Part shown: piece by piece, positions 28,263 through 41,020 of the stretch
Position numbering within the stretch: the first letter of the stretch is position 1
Layout of the letters: each line of letters opens with the position of its first letter
Assembly: GCA_030141605.1 (NCBI GenBank)
Contig: JAQGDQ010000324.1
Span: forward strand, 77,745-141,744
Direction of reading: 5' to 3'
Length of the DNA stretch: 64,000 nucleotides
Source: Tubiluchus corallicola
Taxonomy: Eukaryota; Animalia; Priapulida
Notes under the pieces: generated by a model
Told to the model about the DNA's origin: nothing
Databases searched by the model: none
Seen by the model: the letters and a program-made list of their open reading frames with translations, nothing else
Position numbers and translations under genes: made by a program

Positions 28263-28449
28263 CTGAAAAATACGTTAATTGTTAGCAAATGATTAGCAAG
28301 CCACTGGCTCACCAGTTGGTTAGTTAACTGCTAAGTTGACTAGAAGATCCAACTAGACGCGATTAGTGAATCCTCAAAGCAAGGTGCCCGCATTCATTTG
28401 GCCTGCGAAACAAAACAGGATTGCGTCTGTCAGTCCACTGGTCATTCTG

Positions 28450-28760
28450 TTTGTCAGAATCAGTCAGACAGTCAGTTGAGCAAGTGGCCGGTCACTTGGT
28501 TAGTCAATTAGTTGGTTAGTTAGTTAGACAGTCAATAAGTCGGTCAGCCAGCGATTGAGGAGTCAAAGTGAGTGAGTGAATGAGTCAGTCAGTCTGTGCG
28601 TCCGTCCGTCCGTCAGTCAGTCGGTCGGTCGGTCAGTCAGGCAGTCAGTCAGTCAGTTAGTCAGTCAGTTAGTGAGAGACACAGCCAGTGAGCTGACCAA
28701 CCATCCAGCTAGTCAGTCAGTCATTCAGCGGCTAGGCAGACAGATATACCCTCAGTCAGC
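28450..28760. repeat. Degenerate (CAGT/CGGT/TAGT)n tetranucleotide tract in the gremlin intron
   Basis: Directly visible. Confidence 0.85.
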
Positions 28761-29879
28761 TAGATACGTGCCATCCATGTGGTCAGTGAACCAATTACGT
28801 CCATAGAAACTTTTGAGACTTCCCAACGACAGCATTGGCTTCCCTAAGTTGCATGCTTGAGCTAAATTGTTTAATGACATATTCAGGTACATTACCTGCT
28901 GAAGCTCAGTGGTCAGGTTATCATCACGAGTCTATCTCATTATCACTTGTACGGCTACCGTGGGTGGCGCATTCAACATAGGCATAAATTTTTTCGTGGA
29001 CGTGCGAATGATTGCATTAGTTACGGCTGTTATGAATACAAATAATGATTGCATCAAATGAAACTGATGTTGGTAATCATAAATACGACGACGACGACGA
29101 CGACGACAAAAGCAGTAGTGACGTCGACGATAGAAATGATGACAACATCGATATTGATATTTTAAGTATTAATTCTGATTAAAAGTGGTGTGTATAACGG
29201 CTTTAGTTAAGCGGATCTTACGCATACAGCTATGCATGATCACGTATACGCACGCACGCACACACACACACACGCACGCACGCGTTTAATATTTAAGACA
29301 AGCATCACTCTTCAGTACGATTAACGTAGCAGCTAAATAATTGAAGAAGGAAGGCATAAAAAATTATGAGCCAAAAGGATTCGAACCCAGAACCTTGCGA
29401 TCACGGATTGCATGCACTAATTATGCAGGTATGGGTCTGATATTTCATCCTAGTACCAAATGAATGAGAAATATGTTAAATTTCAATTAAAAAATTAGGA
29501 AAAATTGCGAAAACTGGTAGCTCAATTCAATAAATGAATACTTTAGGTTACGTTTTTATTACTTTTATTACTCACCATTCTGGAGGTCACGTATACAAGA
29601 CAGCACTTTTATGAAGCCTGCGGTTAAGTATTAAATCAGAAGTAGAATTATTATTGTTGCCTAACATTTTCTTGACGTTCAGTTCAAAATAAGCACCTCA
29701 GATTTTTGTGATTTTGTTGTTGTTGTTGTTTGCTTTTTCTTGCGCAATGTTTACAGTCATCACCGAGCTCTGTTAAGCGTTAGTTCCAAAGAAGCCAGCA
29801 CGTTTCATCAAACTGCATCCTCTCATCAAATTAAAGCTCGATAGAATCTAAGAAACACATCAGTCAGCGCCTGCAGCAT

Positions 29880-30125
29880 CATTCTAACTCTGCCTCTGGC
29901 GGGACAACTGGTTGTTCATGACTCCCAGACCCGCGCCGAATGTCCAGCAGCGAAGCCATGGGCGGGGAGCCCTGGGCCTCGTGCCGCCAAAAGTTCCACT
30001 TAGCTTCCAGAGAAGACGTGGGATAAGGTGCTGTGAGTGACAGTTAACTGTTCCCGTCTCGCCACCAAGGCATCGTGAGACCGGCGGCTGACAAAGCGAG
30101 CGCCGGATTTGACAAAGTTTATAGC
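29880..30125 (-). promoter_or_regulatory. GC/CpG-rich patch with a TATA-like ctataaac; probable gremlin promoter or first exon
   Basis: Locally high GC and CpG in an AT-rich background. Minus-strand TATA-like motif at about 30117-30124 is oriented toward gremlin. Inference only. Confidence 0.4.
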
Positions 30126-30332
30126 CTGTTGTTAACATCTTCTTGCATTATTCATGGACGATTCCAGATAACTGGCTTCAAGTTTATTGACCTGTAAAAT
30201 TAGCGACAGCTTGATGATCAACATTTTGAGACGCAGACGTCTGAAATGATTATATTGAGTAGCTCCTTTTTGCAGTTATAATTATAAATTAGGCTAAAAA
30301 ATTCTGAAACAAAAGGTTTGAAATTAAAGATG

Positions 30333-30369
30333 ACAACAACAGCAAAGTAACAATAACCACCAACACCAC

Positions 30370-30462
<93 letters not shown>

Positions 30463-30542
30463 CAACAACAACAACAGTAACAGCAGCAACAAAACAGCAA
30501 CAGGAGTAGCAACAACAACAACAACGGCAGCAGCAGCAGCAA

Positions 30543-30573
<31 letters not shown>

Positions 30574-30750
30574 AGGAGCAGCAGTAACAACACAACAGCA
30601 ACAAAACAATAGCAACATCATCATCAACAACAACAACAACAACAACAACATCAACAGCATCATTAACAACACAACAGCGACAAAACAACAGCAGCAGCAA
30701 CAACAACAACAACAAAGCAACAGCAACAACAACAACTTCACAAAGCAAAA
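30333..30750. repeat. (CAA)n/(CAG)n trinucleotide tract
   Basis: Directly visible. Confidence 0.96.
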
Positions 30751-31239
30751 CAAGACTTAACAAAATACCTCGGTTTCATGACTGAAAGCACAATAGCAGA
30801 ATGCGTTTGACATTTTTAGACAAAATTGCGGCGCTTTGCCATTAATTTGAGAAAATCGTGCAAAAAGTGCACAAAAACAGAGTAATGATGTTCCTGTACC
30901 TGTAAATAAACTTTTGACGCTTCGCCGTGTAGTTCTAAAATGTTACTCGTAATTTTTCCAGGAAAGGCCAAAGCAATTAATGAACACTAGGTGAAATTGC
31001 AGTATAAAAATCAAAAGGGTAAAACGTGTTTTCTGACGTAACAGGACAAGAAACCCTACGCCATTAATTAATGGTTGTCTACGGAGAAAGACAAACCAGT
31101 TTCGGTTACTTACTTTATGTTTTCTCTTGTTTAAACTGTGATTCCGTGTAATCAGATTTACGATCGTGTGCATTAAAGTTTTTGAAGACAGGTAATTACT
31201 GACTTCTTGTAAATGTACGGTAATTTCAGCAAAAGAAAA

Positions 31240-32190
31240 GATAAGTTAAGGTAAGGTAAGGTAAGGTATGGTAGGTTAAGGTAAGGTAAGGTAAGAAAAG
31301 GTTAGGTAAGGTAAGGTAAGGTAAGGTAAGGTAAGGTAAGGTAAGGTAAGGTAAGGTAAGGTAAGGTAAGGTAAGGAAAGATAAGATAAGATAAGATAAG
31401 GTAAGGTAAGGTAAAGTAATGTAAGGTAAGGTAAGTAAGGTAAGGTAAGGTAAGGTAAGGTAAGGTAAGGTAAGGTAAGGTAAGGTAAGGTAAGGTAAGG
31501 TAAGGTAAGGAAAGATAAGATAAGGTAAGGTAAGGTAAAGTAAAGTAAGGTAAGGTAAGGTAAGATAAGGTAAGGTAAGGTAAGGTAAGGTAAGGTAAGG
31601 TAAGGTAAGGTAAGGTAAGGTAAGGTAAGGTAAGGAAAGATAAGATAAGATAAGATAAGATAAGATAAGATAAGATAAGATAAGATAAGATAAGATAAGA
31701 TAAGGTAAGGTAAGGTAAGGTAAGGTAAGGTAAGGTAAGGTAAGGTAAGGTAAGGTAAGATAAGGTAAGGTAAGGTAAGGTAAGGTAAGGTAAGGTAAGG
31801 TAAGGTAAGGTAAGGTAAGGTAAGGTAAGGTAAGGTAAGGTAAGGTAAGGTAAGGTAAGGTAAGGTAAGGTAAGGTAAGGTAAGGTAAGGTAAGGTAAGG
31901 TAAGGTAAGGAAAGATAAGGTAAGGTAAGGTAAGGAAAGATAAGGTAAGGTAAGGTAAGATAAGGAAAGATAAGGTAAGGTAAGACAAGGTAAGGTAAGG
32001 TAAGGTAAGGTAAGGTAAGGTAAGGTAAGGTAAGGTAAGGTAAGGTAAGGTAAGGTAAGGTAAGGTAAGGTAAGGTAAGGTAAGGTAAGGTAAGGTAAGG
32101 TAAGGTAAGGTAAGGTAAGGTAAGGTAAGGTATGGTAAGATAAGGAGGTAAGGAAAGGAAAGCAAAGGTAAGATAAGATAAGGTAAGGTA
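31240..32190. repeat. (GTAAG)n/(ATAAG)n pentanucleotide array, about 950 bp
   Basis: Directly visible; source of the PYLTL-repeat ORFs. Confidence 0.98.
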
Positions 32191-32620
32191 ATGTAAGTTT
32201 TTTTAAATATGTTATTTGTCCAATTAAATTGTTAAAGATATGAAATTTGTCCAATTTATTGAAGAAAAAGGCGCGGCATTTGTGTCTACGTGTTTTAACT
32301 CGGATAAGATATTTTTGCTTAGTTTTGCAAATGTTTTACGTAAAATATCTTTCACACTTAGAGTGCCCCACTGATACTTCATTTCGACGAACTGTTCATC
32401 ACTGCTGCGCGCCGTTTAAATCTACTGACTGACGATTATAGTCTAGCTGAAGCGTCAGCATTGAAATTATTTACTCTGCTATAACGCAAGTGATGAAATT
32501 AATCGTTTCTGGGTAAGTAATCCTCTTTTAGCGTGTTCAAGTCGCGTAATCGCGCAATTAGGCGAAACTTGATGATTGATTTCTTTGAAAAATTATTAAT
32601 CCTTTCTCATACGCGTTAAT

Positions 32621-33130
<510 letters not shown>

Positions 33131-34613
33131 TGCTTTTTATTGTACTTCAACATGCAATAGGATATGAAAAATCATCCTGTTTTCCTTTAACAGAACTGAC
33201 TGGCATACCACATTAGCAGAGATAACAATTACAATTATGAAATAAGGGCATTTATCCAGAGCCAGACGGAAATTGCACGGATAATAGATTGGCGTTACAT
33301 GTTACACCGACACACATGTCAAAACACAGTCTGTACAGTCATGTATGTAAAAGTGACATGCGAGTCAACAATTTGATCGAATAAATCCTAATTACATTTT
33401 ACCAGGTCAGACACGGAACGAAACGATCAGTAATTAAAGGGAAAATATGGTATTTTAAAGTATAGGCCTATCCCAAAGCACTTTCCATACAAAGTTATAT
33501 TAGCATTCCTGTTTGAAAGACTTACGTAATTGGAAAAGGAAATTCTTAATAAATCGAGATATTTGCGCCATCTGGTAAAACGGCACTGAATCGCTATCCC
33601 AGTGTGCACCACTGATTCACGAAAACACATTATTGATCTGACTAACACTATAAATAATTCAAGCTTTTCCCTAGTCAGCGAAGAGTGTCATACAAGTGCT
33701 CTGATTATTTGTTCGAACTTTATACAATGTTACCTGAACTTATTTCAAACGACTTTTCAACATAATCAACAAATACCTTAATTACTTCTAAATCATTACT
33801 TCCCATCAAAAATAAAAATTTATCTGCATCACTCATAAGGAAAAATTCTGGTTTAATTGCACTGATGTGATTATATAATCTTCCTCTAAGAAGCGTCATG
33901 AATATTTAAGAATATGATCATTTATAACAAAGTGTAATTCGTCTTTGATTTCATAGCTTAAACAGTGTGTGCATATACGATTCTCAGCCGGGATTTTTCC
34001 AGGTTTAACGTGCCTCTCCCTTTGAATGCACAAAGCATGAGAGCTGATTCTCAGTTTTGTAAATTTCGTTATAGCATATTTGGAATAACCAGAAAGTAAA
34101 TAGTTTTCTAGTTGACATTGTTTTTTGAAGGTTCGATGCGTACGCAGTTTGTTTTGTCAAACCGGAGATTTCTTACACAGAAGAAATAACTGGGCACTTT
34201 TCAATGTTCTCAGTTTTCTTCATGCGTTAGCACCAGTGACCAATGACCATCGATTCAGGTCAGCGGTCTTAGTTAGGGTTCGTTGCAAACTATTAAACCA
34301 ACTGGCGTAAGCGAGTTTCCTACCCCTCAAAGGCTGTTGTAAAGGACGTTGCCCTGTTTGTAAATTGTTCCAGCTAGTTGGCTGGTCATGCTTAAGTTAG
34401 CACATAACTAAGATTGCTGTTCTGTGTTAATCTGTGTTTGTGGGTAATATGAAACGTAAGTGTTCGTGATTATGTGTGACAAATGGTTACAGAACAATGA
34501 ATCATCACACATGGTGGTCGCTAGTTTTGTGTCCCGTGGAAATAAACATCTAACTGTAATGAATTCGAAGCTAAAACTACCCAGGAGCACAGCTTCGAAT
34601 GTGATTTTATAAG

Positions 34614-35678
34614 ATGCATGATAGCTGCACAGAAAAGTTGCAGCTTGTTCATTTATACTGGAAGCAAGTTATACGATTGATCAGCAAACACAAGAAAGTG
34701 ATCATACTGTCATGCTGCGTAATGCAAGTGATGTGGTGCTTAATGTTAACGAACAGTATCAAAGCGCCACCATTTCATCTAGAAGTTGCCGTTCTCGCCT
34801 ATGACAGACCATACTCTCTTGCTCGCTTGCTGAAGTCTCTGCAAGAAGCCACTTATGATGGCGATAACGTCACGTTGAAAATCTGCATCGACAGACCAAG
34901 AAACGATGAAGATCTTTATAAAGAGAACATCAGAATAGCCGAGGAGTTGAACTGGCCCTTTGGTGCCAAAATAGTCAAAGCGCACCCAAAAAATGTTGGC
35001 GCGTACATACAGTGGTACGAGTGCTGGCAGCCAGATGACTCTGATGATATGTTTGGTTTGATACTAGAAGACGATTTGCGTCTATCACCTTATTATTACC
35101 GATGGCTCAAAGCAGCTTTATTGGAGTATAAGGATGATGCTAGTGTCGGTGGGATCACCTTGCAAAGAGGAACTTTGATTGCTCGGAATGGAAAGCACCG
35201 GAATCCTCTGTGTATAGGCTGTCAGGACCCCGTGTTCTTTTATCGCCTTTTGGGCACATGGGGCTTTGCTCCGATGCCCAAAGTCTGGAAGCAGTTTCGA
35301 CATTGGGTGTTCGCGGCCAAGTTGGATCCAGAATTTATTCCATACGTGCGCGGCGAAAAGTTGATGACCAATGCTTGGCTAATGAAGCGACACCTGGTGA
35401 TGAAGACCATGCCAGAATCGTATACCATCTATTTCCTGGGCAGCAATCATCTATTTACCGTTTATGCCAACCTCCCAGACAATCGGACTTTAGCCTGCAA
35501 TCACAGAGAGCCGGGCATGAACTATAAGGGCGGTAGGACCGACATACCTATCGGAGAATGTGATTTTGAACCGCTCATGAGTTGGAGTGACAAGTTTGTT
35601 AAGTTTCCTGTGACTCCCGTGAAACTGGATTGGGATGCATTGCCAGAATTGCCGACAACAACAGCAGAGAATTTATAG
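34614..35678 (+). CDS. Intronless type II membrane glycosyltransferase-like protein (GT-A fold), 354 aa
   Basis: Basic-flanked N-terminal TM; VLAYDRPYSLARLLKSL nucleotide-binding strand; LILEDD DxD-like motif; WPFG, QWYECW, LGTWG and HREPGMNY motifs. Confidence 0.85.
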   Translation: MHDSCTEKLQLVHLYWKQVIRLISKHKKVIILSCCVMQVMWCLMLTNSIKAPPFHLEVAVLAYDRPYSLARLLKSLQEATYDGDNVTLKICIDRPRNDEDLYKENIRIAEELNWPFGAKIVKAHPKNVGAYIQWYECWQPDDSDDMFGLILEDDLRLSPYYYRWLKAALLEYKDDASVGGITLQRGTLIARNGKHRNPLCIGCQDPVFFYRLLGTWGFAPMPKVWKQFRHWVFAAKLDPEFIPYVRGEKLMTNAWLMKRHLVMKTMPESYTIYFLGSNHLFTVYANLPDNRTLACNHREPGMNYKGGRTDIPIGECDFEPLMSWSDKFVKFPVTPVKLDWDALPELPTTTAENL

Positions 35679-35684
35679 TACATA

Positions 35685-36139
35685 CCGTATTTTCCCATGT
35701 ATAAGAGACCCTTTTTTGCTCAGAATTTTCACTTTAAAAATAGGGGGTCTCTTATACATGGGAGTAAGTCTTTTCAATAAGATGCATAAATTGTGACACT
35801 AATGATTTTAAAGAAATAAGTGCTCTACAACTGTTTTGCGTGTCGCGTTCGACTATGAAGCGGTTGTAAGCAATACAAGCATCGTGACACAGGCATTATC
35901 TCCTCGTTTTCTCTTTTCCTGTTACAGGTTTGCAGGTACGCACTTTAATATATACCAGTACTCTTTTTCTACAACACATTAACTGGTTTTATTTTGTTTT
36001 CAGTACCGCACTGAGTTGAAAAAAGTTGTACTTTACCCTCTAAAAATGTCCGTCTGAAAAAACTTTTTTCCAGAATTTTTGCCTAAAAATTGAAGGGGTC
36101 TCTTATACACAAGGGTCTCTTATACACGGGAAAATACGG
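35685..36139. mobile_element. Tc1/mariner/pogo-type MITE with TA TSD, 6 bp after the glycosyltransferase stop
   Basis: ta-ccgtattttcccatgtataagagaccc ... gggtctcttatacacgggaaaatacgg-ta (TIR about 27 bp), with subterminal gggtctcttatac repeats. Confidence 0.85.
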
Positions 36140-36689
36140 TAGTTATTGACACTTAATGACTTTGAACACGTGCTAATGGAAATTTGAGTCCCTTACCTCA
36201 CAATGTTTCTCCGCAGGGCTAAGAGCGCGTTCACACTAGCAAGTTTTCTGTCTGACAGCAAGTGTGAACTGCTTTGCGAGTTACTATCGGCAAGTCATTG
36301 CAAACATTAATTGAACACGCTTCCGAATTGCTTGGCGAGAAAACTCCATAGCCTGAATCCGTCTCCACAGTCAGTAACTAGTAACTATCTCGTTAATTTC
36401 TTCCAAGCACAAAAAACTCCTTTACTTACACTAAGAATAACACTGAAAATAACCAAATAAATAAAAAATAACTAAAAATAACACCAGAAATATTCCTATT
36501 GAAATTTTGTATCGCCTACTTACCGCTTTATTGTGCCCAAACCTTGTATTAGCAGCAACGTTGTATAAAATTTGAATTCCCACAATGACCGTTAGGCGCA
36601 GTCATTTTGACAGTATAGGACGTTATAATATAAGTTTAAATAATATTGCGAAAAGTTTGAAAAAATAAGCAGAATTTTCGTAGCACACT

Positions 36690-37404
36690 GTTCACTAATT
36701 AAGCAAAAGTATTCAGAAATCACTTAAAAATAATGTGTTTTATGGTGAGACAGTGGTGCACACTGGGAAGGTGAGTCAGTGATATGTTACCAGTTGGCGC
36801 GAACATTTAAATTACAAAGAATTCACTTTTCTAGTTACGTAGGTCTTTCAATCAGGTAAGCGTAATGCTAAGTAATATAACTTTGTGTGGAAAGTTTTTT
36901 GGGATCCTTTAAAGTATACCTTAAAATTACCTTTTCTTCCACTTTAACACTTCTGGATTACATCTGACGGAAGAACTAACAGATAACAGGTACTTCTGTT
37001 ACAGATACGGTAGTTGAGCACTACGGTTATCTGGCAAAATTGTTACGCCAGAATAAGTGGTGCTTTGCTGTTTTCAACAGCAGTTATAGTGTTACTAATA
37101 AGACAACTCTTCTGTTTAAATCCACATCCAGAAGCATTAAAGTGTGACAATTATTTTGCATATTATACGTTCACAAATGACTGTGTATAAAGAAACTTTC
37201 CAAGCGAAGTTACATTTCTTAGCATTACGCTTACCTGCTTGAAAGACTTACGTAACTAGAAAAGTAAATTCTTGGTAATTTAAATGTTCGCGCCAACTGG
37301 TAACATATCACTGACTCACCTTCCCAGTGTGCAGCACTGACTTACCATGAAACACATCATTCTTAAGAAATTTATAAATGATTTTGCTTAATTAGTTAAC
37401 ACTG
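36690..37404. repeat. Large inverted repeat (arms about 210 bp) built from family A sequence
   Basis: 36690-36898 is the reverse complement of 37192-37404, e.g. ggtgagtcagtgatatgttaccagttggcgcgaacatttaaattac. Confidence 0.85.
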
Positions 37405-37514
37405 TACATATTGTAAAAAAGATTGCACAATATGTTAATATTAAATGAAATCGTGAAGTATCTATGGAGTTGACATCATTTTTAGCCTCATTCTAGTCCG
37501 AATAAACCTATTAA

Positions 37515-38044
37515 AGGAAAACCGGATGATTGTGTAAACACTGGTTCAGACTAAAGAATGCTCTAAAATATTGAAAACTGCAATAGGTTATTTTAAATGA
37601 AAGCTTCGATTAAATAATAATTACCTCGGATACTCAAATTTTGTTAAACTTTCAAAGCTAGGCGCGTCTCAGTGAATCTTCTAAGATTGGCAACGTGCGC
37701 GTGGCCGTCAAATAGAAGGCGGTACCGTGATAGCCATGATCGTGAACTGCTGTGTTAGCTTCATGACGTCATATGATGTAAAGCTCATTTTTCGTGACAT
37801 CATGCGTTTGAGCAGTAACATCTATGCAAATCTGCATGAAGCGCAAAGGAAGACGCCTGCCATTGCACAAACTGTGGTTAGTTTCTGACGTAAGCAATAG
37901 CTGTGTTCGGTTGCCGTTAATTAACTTTCTAAGCTAATTATTCAAATATAAGGCACAAATTGTTAACTTTCATAGGCAGGAAAATGTATGTTTTGGACAG
38001 TAAATTAAAATGAGATTGAGTCTAAACAATCGTCCGGTCTTCCT
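37515..38044. mobile_element. TTAA-flanked MITE (Kolobok-like)
   Basis: ttaa-aggaaaaccggatgattgtgtaaac ... gtctaaacaatcgtccggtcttcct-ttaa (21/25 TIR). Confidence 0.75.
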
Positions 38045-40040
38045 TTAAGCATGGCTATCTATCTAGCGTTAACTTATTAATTTAATTCATACAATACAAA
38101 GACGACTCAGTTTAATTCACATTAACTCAACTCTACTCACAATTTCACTATTCAACACAACTCATTTCTACTCAAAACTCAACAAAGCAAAAGCTATTAA
38201 ATTACTTTATCTTGTCAATAATATCAATAATGTGCTTTTGGAGAATCAGTGGTGCACACTGGGATGGTGCCGTTTTACCAGGTGGCGCGAATTATTAAGA
38301 ATTTTCTCTTCCAATTACACAAATCTTTGAAATAGGTAAGTATAATGTTAAGTAACATAACTTTACATGTAAAGTCTTTTGGGATATACGTTAAAATTCC
38401 CTTAAGCTTAATCCAGCTTATCCTGTCACGACTCGAGTTTCAATTTAACAGCCTCATTTTAACTTCGAATTCAGTTTTTGAATGTTAACATTGGTTAGGT
38501 CTGGCTGCTCAAAGTAGGTTATCGTTGGCGTACTTTAGACATCGGATTTCTCTGCTTCTACTGAAACACCAAAACATGCTCTGTCACAAAAACTTGACCC
38601 TGCCACATTTGGCACACACAGGCACTAAACTAACACAGCAGTCACTCAACAAAAAAGTGGTAACTACTTAGAGTGACATCACTTTAAACAGTTAAAGAGC
38701 AGAACACTGCCTAGTAGTTGGTGAAGGTGACATTTACGCAAGGTCAAAGGTGAAGGTCAAAGTAGCCTAATTCGTTGCTTTTACACAAACAAAGCTAATC
38801 AATTCACATCGGGTTACAAAACATGAAAAATTGTTCAATGTTATTACGCCAATCCTTAGAGTAGTTTGAGAAGATGTTTGAAATTTTTCATTTTTTAAAT
38901 TTTTGACGCTGTGACATTTTCTGTCCACGGGGAGGATGACATGGGGGGGGGGGGCAGAGATATGGTGGCCCCCATCAGAATGTAAAAGGAAAGGTATTTA
39001 TATAACAATTAACGGACAGCGTATATAGTACAGATGGTTGTTTTCAAAGTTATAAAACTGACCTTATTTTACTTACTGGAAGTTGTTCGCTTATCACGAT
39101 ATTCGTGTAAATAGTTGTTAACACAATGTGCGGTACGTGCTCCTGCGAACATGCACAATCTAAGTTATTGTTTGAAATGTTTTTATATCGTCCGTCTTTT
39201 TGCTTTATAAAATTAAATTGCGAATTCTTGCCATAGATTTGCAACTTTCTTTCTATTAAGATCAAAATTAATATTCTGTTTTCGGAAAGTCAACCAGTTA
39301 CATTTTTGTAGAATTAATTAAAAACGATTGTGGCTGTAACAAGTTTTGTTTTCATTGTTATAACAAGTACGTACTGAAAATGATAACAACAATGATACTA
39401 ATTACAATGATGACTGGTTTAATTTATTATAGCAGCAGTACAAAATGTTATTTAAGGGAGGCTGTTAACTACCAATTGTTTAGTGAAAGATATCATTTTC
39501 CAAACGCATTAACGAACATACTGTGTACTAAAAAATCTTGAATAATGAGGTGACGTCTACATAATATTACTTGAGTTGCAGTACTTTGTACTCACATGCA
39601 CATTGTATGCATTATTACAAAAATGCTGTTTCGATTGTTAATGGAAAGTCATTATTACAACTGAATTACAACAGCATGATAATTACATGGCAAAACTATA
39701 GTTAATTTTTATACATAATGTTTGGTGCAGTTATTATTATGCCTGATGTAAATGAAAAATTTTCATAATCTATTCTCATTATCCTAACATATGTTATTGT
39801 AAACCTATAATTTTAATTTGTAATTTACTTATTGAAAGCTATCCTTTTTAACTTTGCGAACTGCATGGAACACTATGGAAACATTGTTCACATGCAGTTT
39901 TATTCATGTAGAAAAATCTACCTATCTATCTACAATTGCTGTAGATAAACAAGAGCCGAAAAATATGGAACGGTTGAAATATTTAAATACAGACAATCGA
40001 GCAAGGAGAAAACTATTGCAGAAAATATGGAGATTTTAGA

Positions 40041-40559
40041 TCACTTATTCAGGAATTCAATAGGAATGGCTGTCGACTGTCCACTCGCCTCCAACGCAGG
40101 TGCTTTCAACGGTGCACGAATGGAAAGCACCCCTCCAGAAAGAGATGACTTCATTTCCTCCATGTCGACCTTATCGGGCAATGTAAATGCTCTGTGAAAC
40201 TCCTTGTACATCTTCCCGTTTTCCCACTCTGCGTCGTGCTTGGCATCAACTCGCAGAGTTCTCCCGTCAGCTGTGATCCGAATCTCTTCCGGTTTGTACT
40301 GCCTCACGTCAAAACACATGTCCAGTGTCTTTCTACCCTGTTCGTCCGTGCCCTCCTTTGTAACCATGCCTTCTCTAAATCCTGAGCCGAAATATTCGTC
40401 CATTCCGCCAGCTCGAGCTCCTCTCAGACGAGTCATGGCGTCCATTTCGCCCAGAACGTCTCTCTCAAAACGTCGCATGTCACGTTGAAATCTGTCCAAG
40501 GCATTGTTCATAGCAGTACTCCCGAACACATCAAAATCATAAAATGGAAAAAGAGACAT
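40041..40559 (-). CDS. Small heat-shock protein (HSP20/alpha-crystallin family), 172 aa, intronless
   Basis: ATG at 40559 (MSLFPFYDFD). ACD FDVRQYKPEEIRIT...EFHRAFTLPDKVD...SSLSGGVLSIRAP. C-terminal IPI motif. Confidence 0.95.
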   Translation of the reverse strand: MSLFPFYDFDVFGSTAMNNALDRFQRDMRRFERDVLGEMDAMTRLRGARAGGMDEYFGSGFREGMVTKEGTDEQGRKTLDMCFDVRQYKPEEIRITADGRTLRVDAKHDAEWENGKMYKEFHRAFTLPDKVDMEEMKSSLSGGVLSIRAPLKAPALEASGQSTAIPIEFLNK

Positions 40560-40702
40560 AATGGTGATGTTGCTAACAGCCAAAATTGATCAAATCAAAC
40601 TCATTAATTTCGCACTTTAACACTTTATTCGCCCCTAACAACTCAAAACTGTGACTGTCTGACTGCAAGAAACGCGAAGATGGCACACTTTTTTATTCCA
40701 TG

Positions 40703-40788
40703 GGAACATTCCAGAAAAATCTCGCACAACGTTTCATTCGTACGTGCTCTACGTGCAACATCCTGTGATATACGTTCTAGACGATTCT
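40703..40788. promoter_or_regulatory. Heat-shock elements of sHSP gene 1
   Basis: gGAAc-aTTCc-aGAAa at 40703-40717 (perfect 3-unit HSE) and gTTCt-aGACg-aTTCt at 40774-40788. Confidence 0.8.
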
Positions 40789-40838
40789 CCATAGCGCATC
40801 CTACTCTAAGTTAGGAGACGACGTTCACCTTCCCGTAT

Positions 40839-41020
40839 GTTCTATTCTATTCTATTCTATTCTATTCTATTCTATTCTATTCTATTCTATTCTATTCTAT
40901 TCTATTCTATTCTATTCTATTCTATTCTATTGTATTCTATTCTATTCTATTCTATTCTATTCTATTCTCCACTCCGCTCCACTCCATTCCACTCCACTCC
41001 ACTTCACTCCGTTCCACTCT
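40839..41020. repeat. (TTCTA)n of about 25 units, then (CTCCA)n
   Basis: Directly visible, immediately upstream of the sHSP1 HSEs. Confidence 0.97.

Noticed and set aside
28896-28990. Gremlin ATG-bearing exon ending at a CAG/GTAATG donor
   Set aside because: An in-frame TAG separates the nearest ATG from the donor in the required phase; the start remains unresolved.
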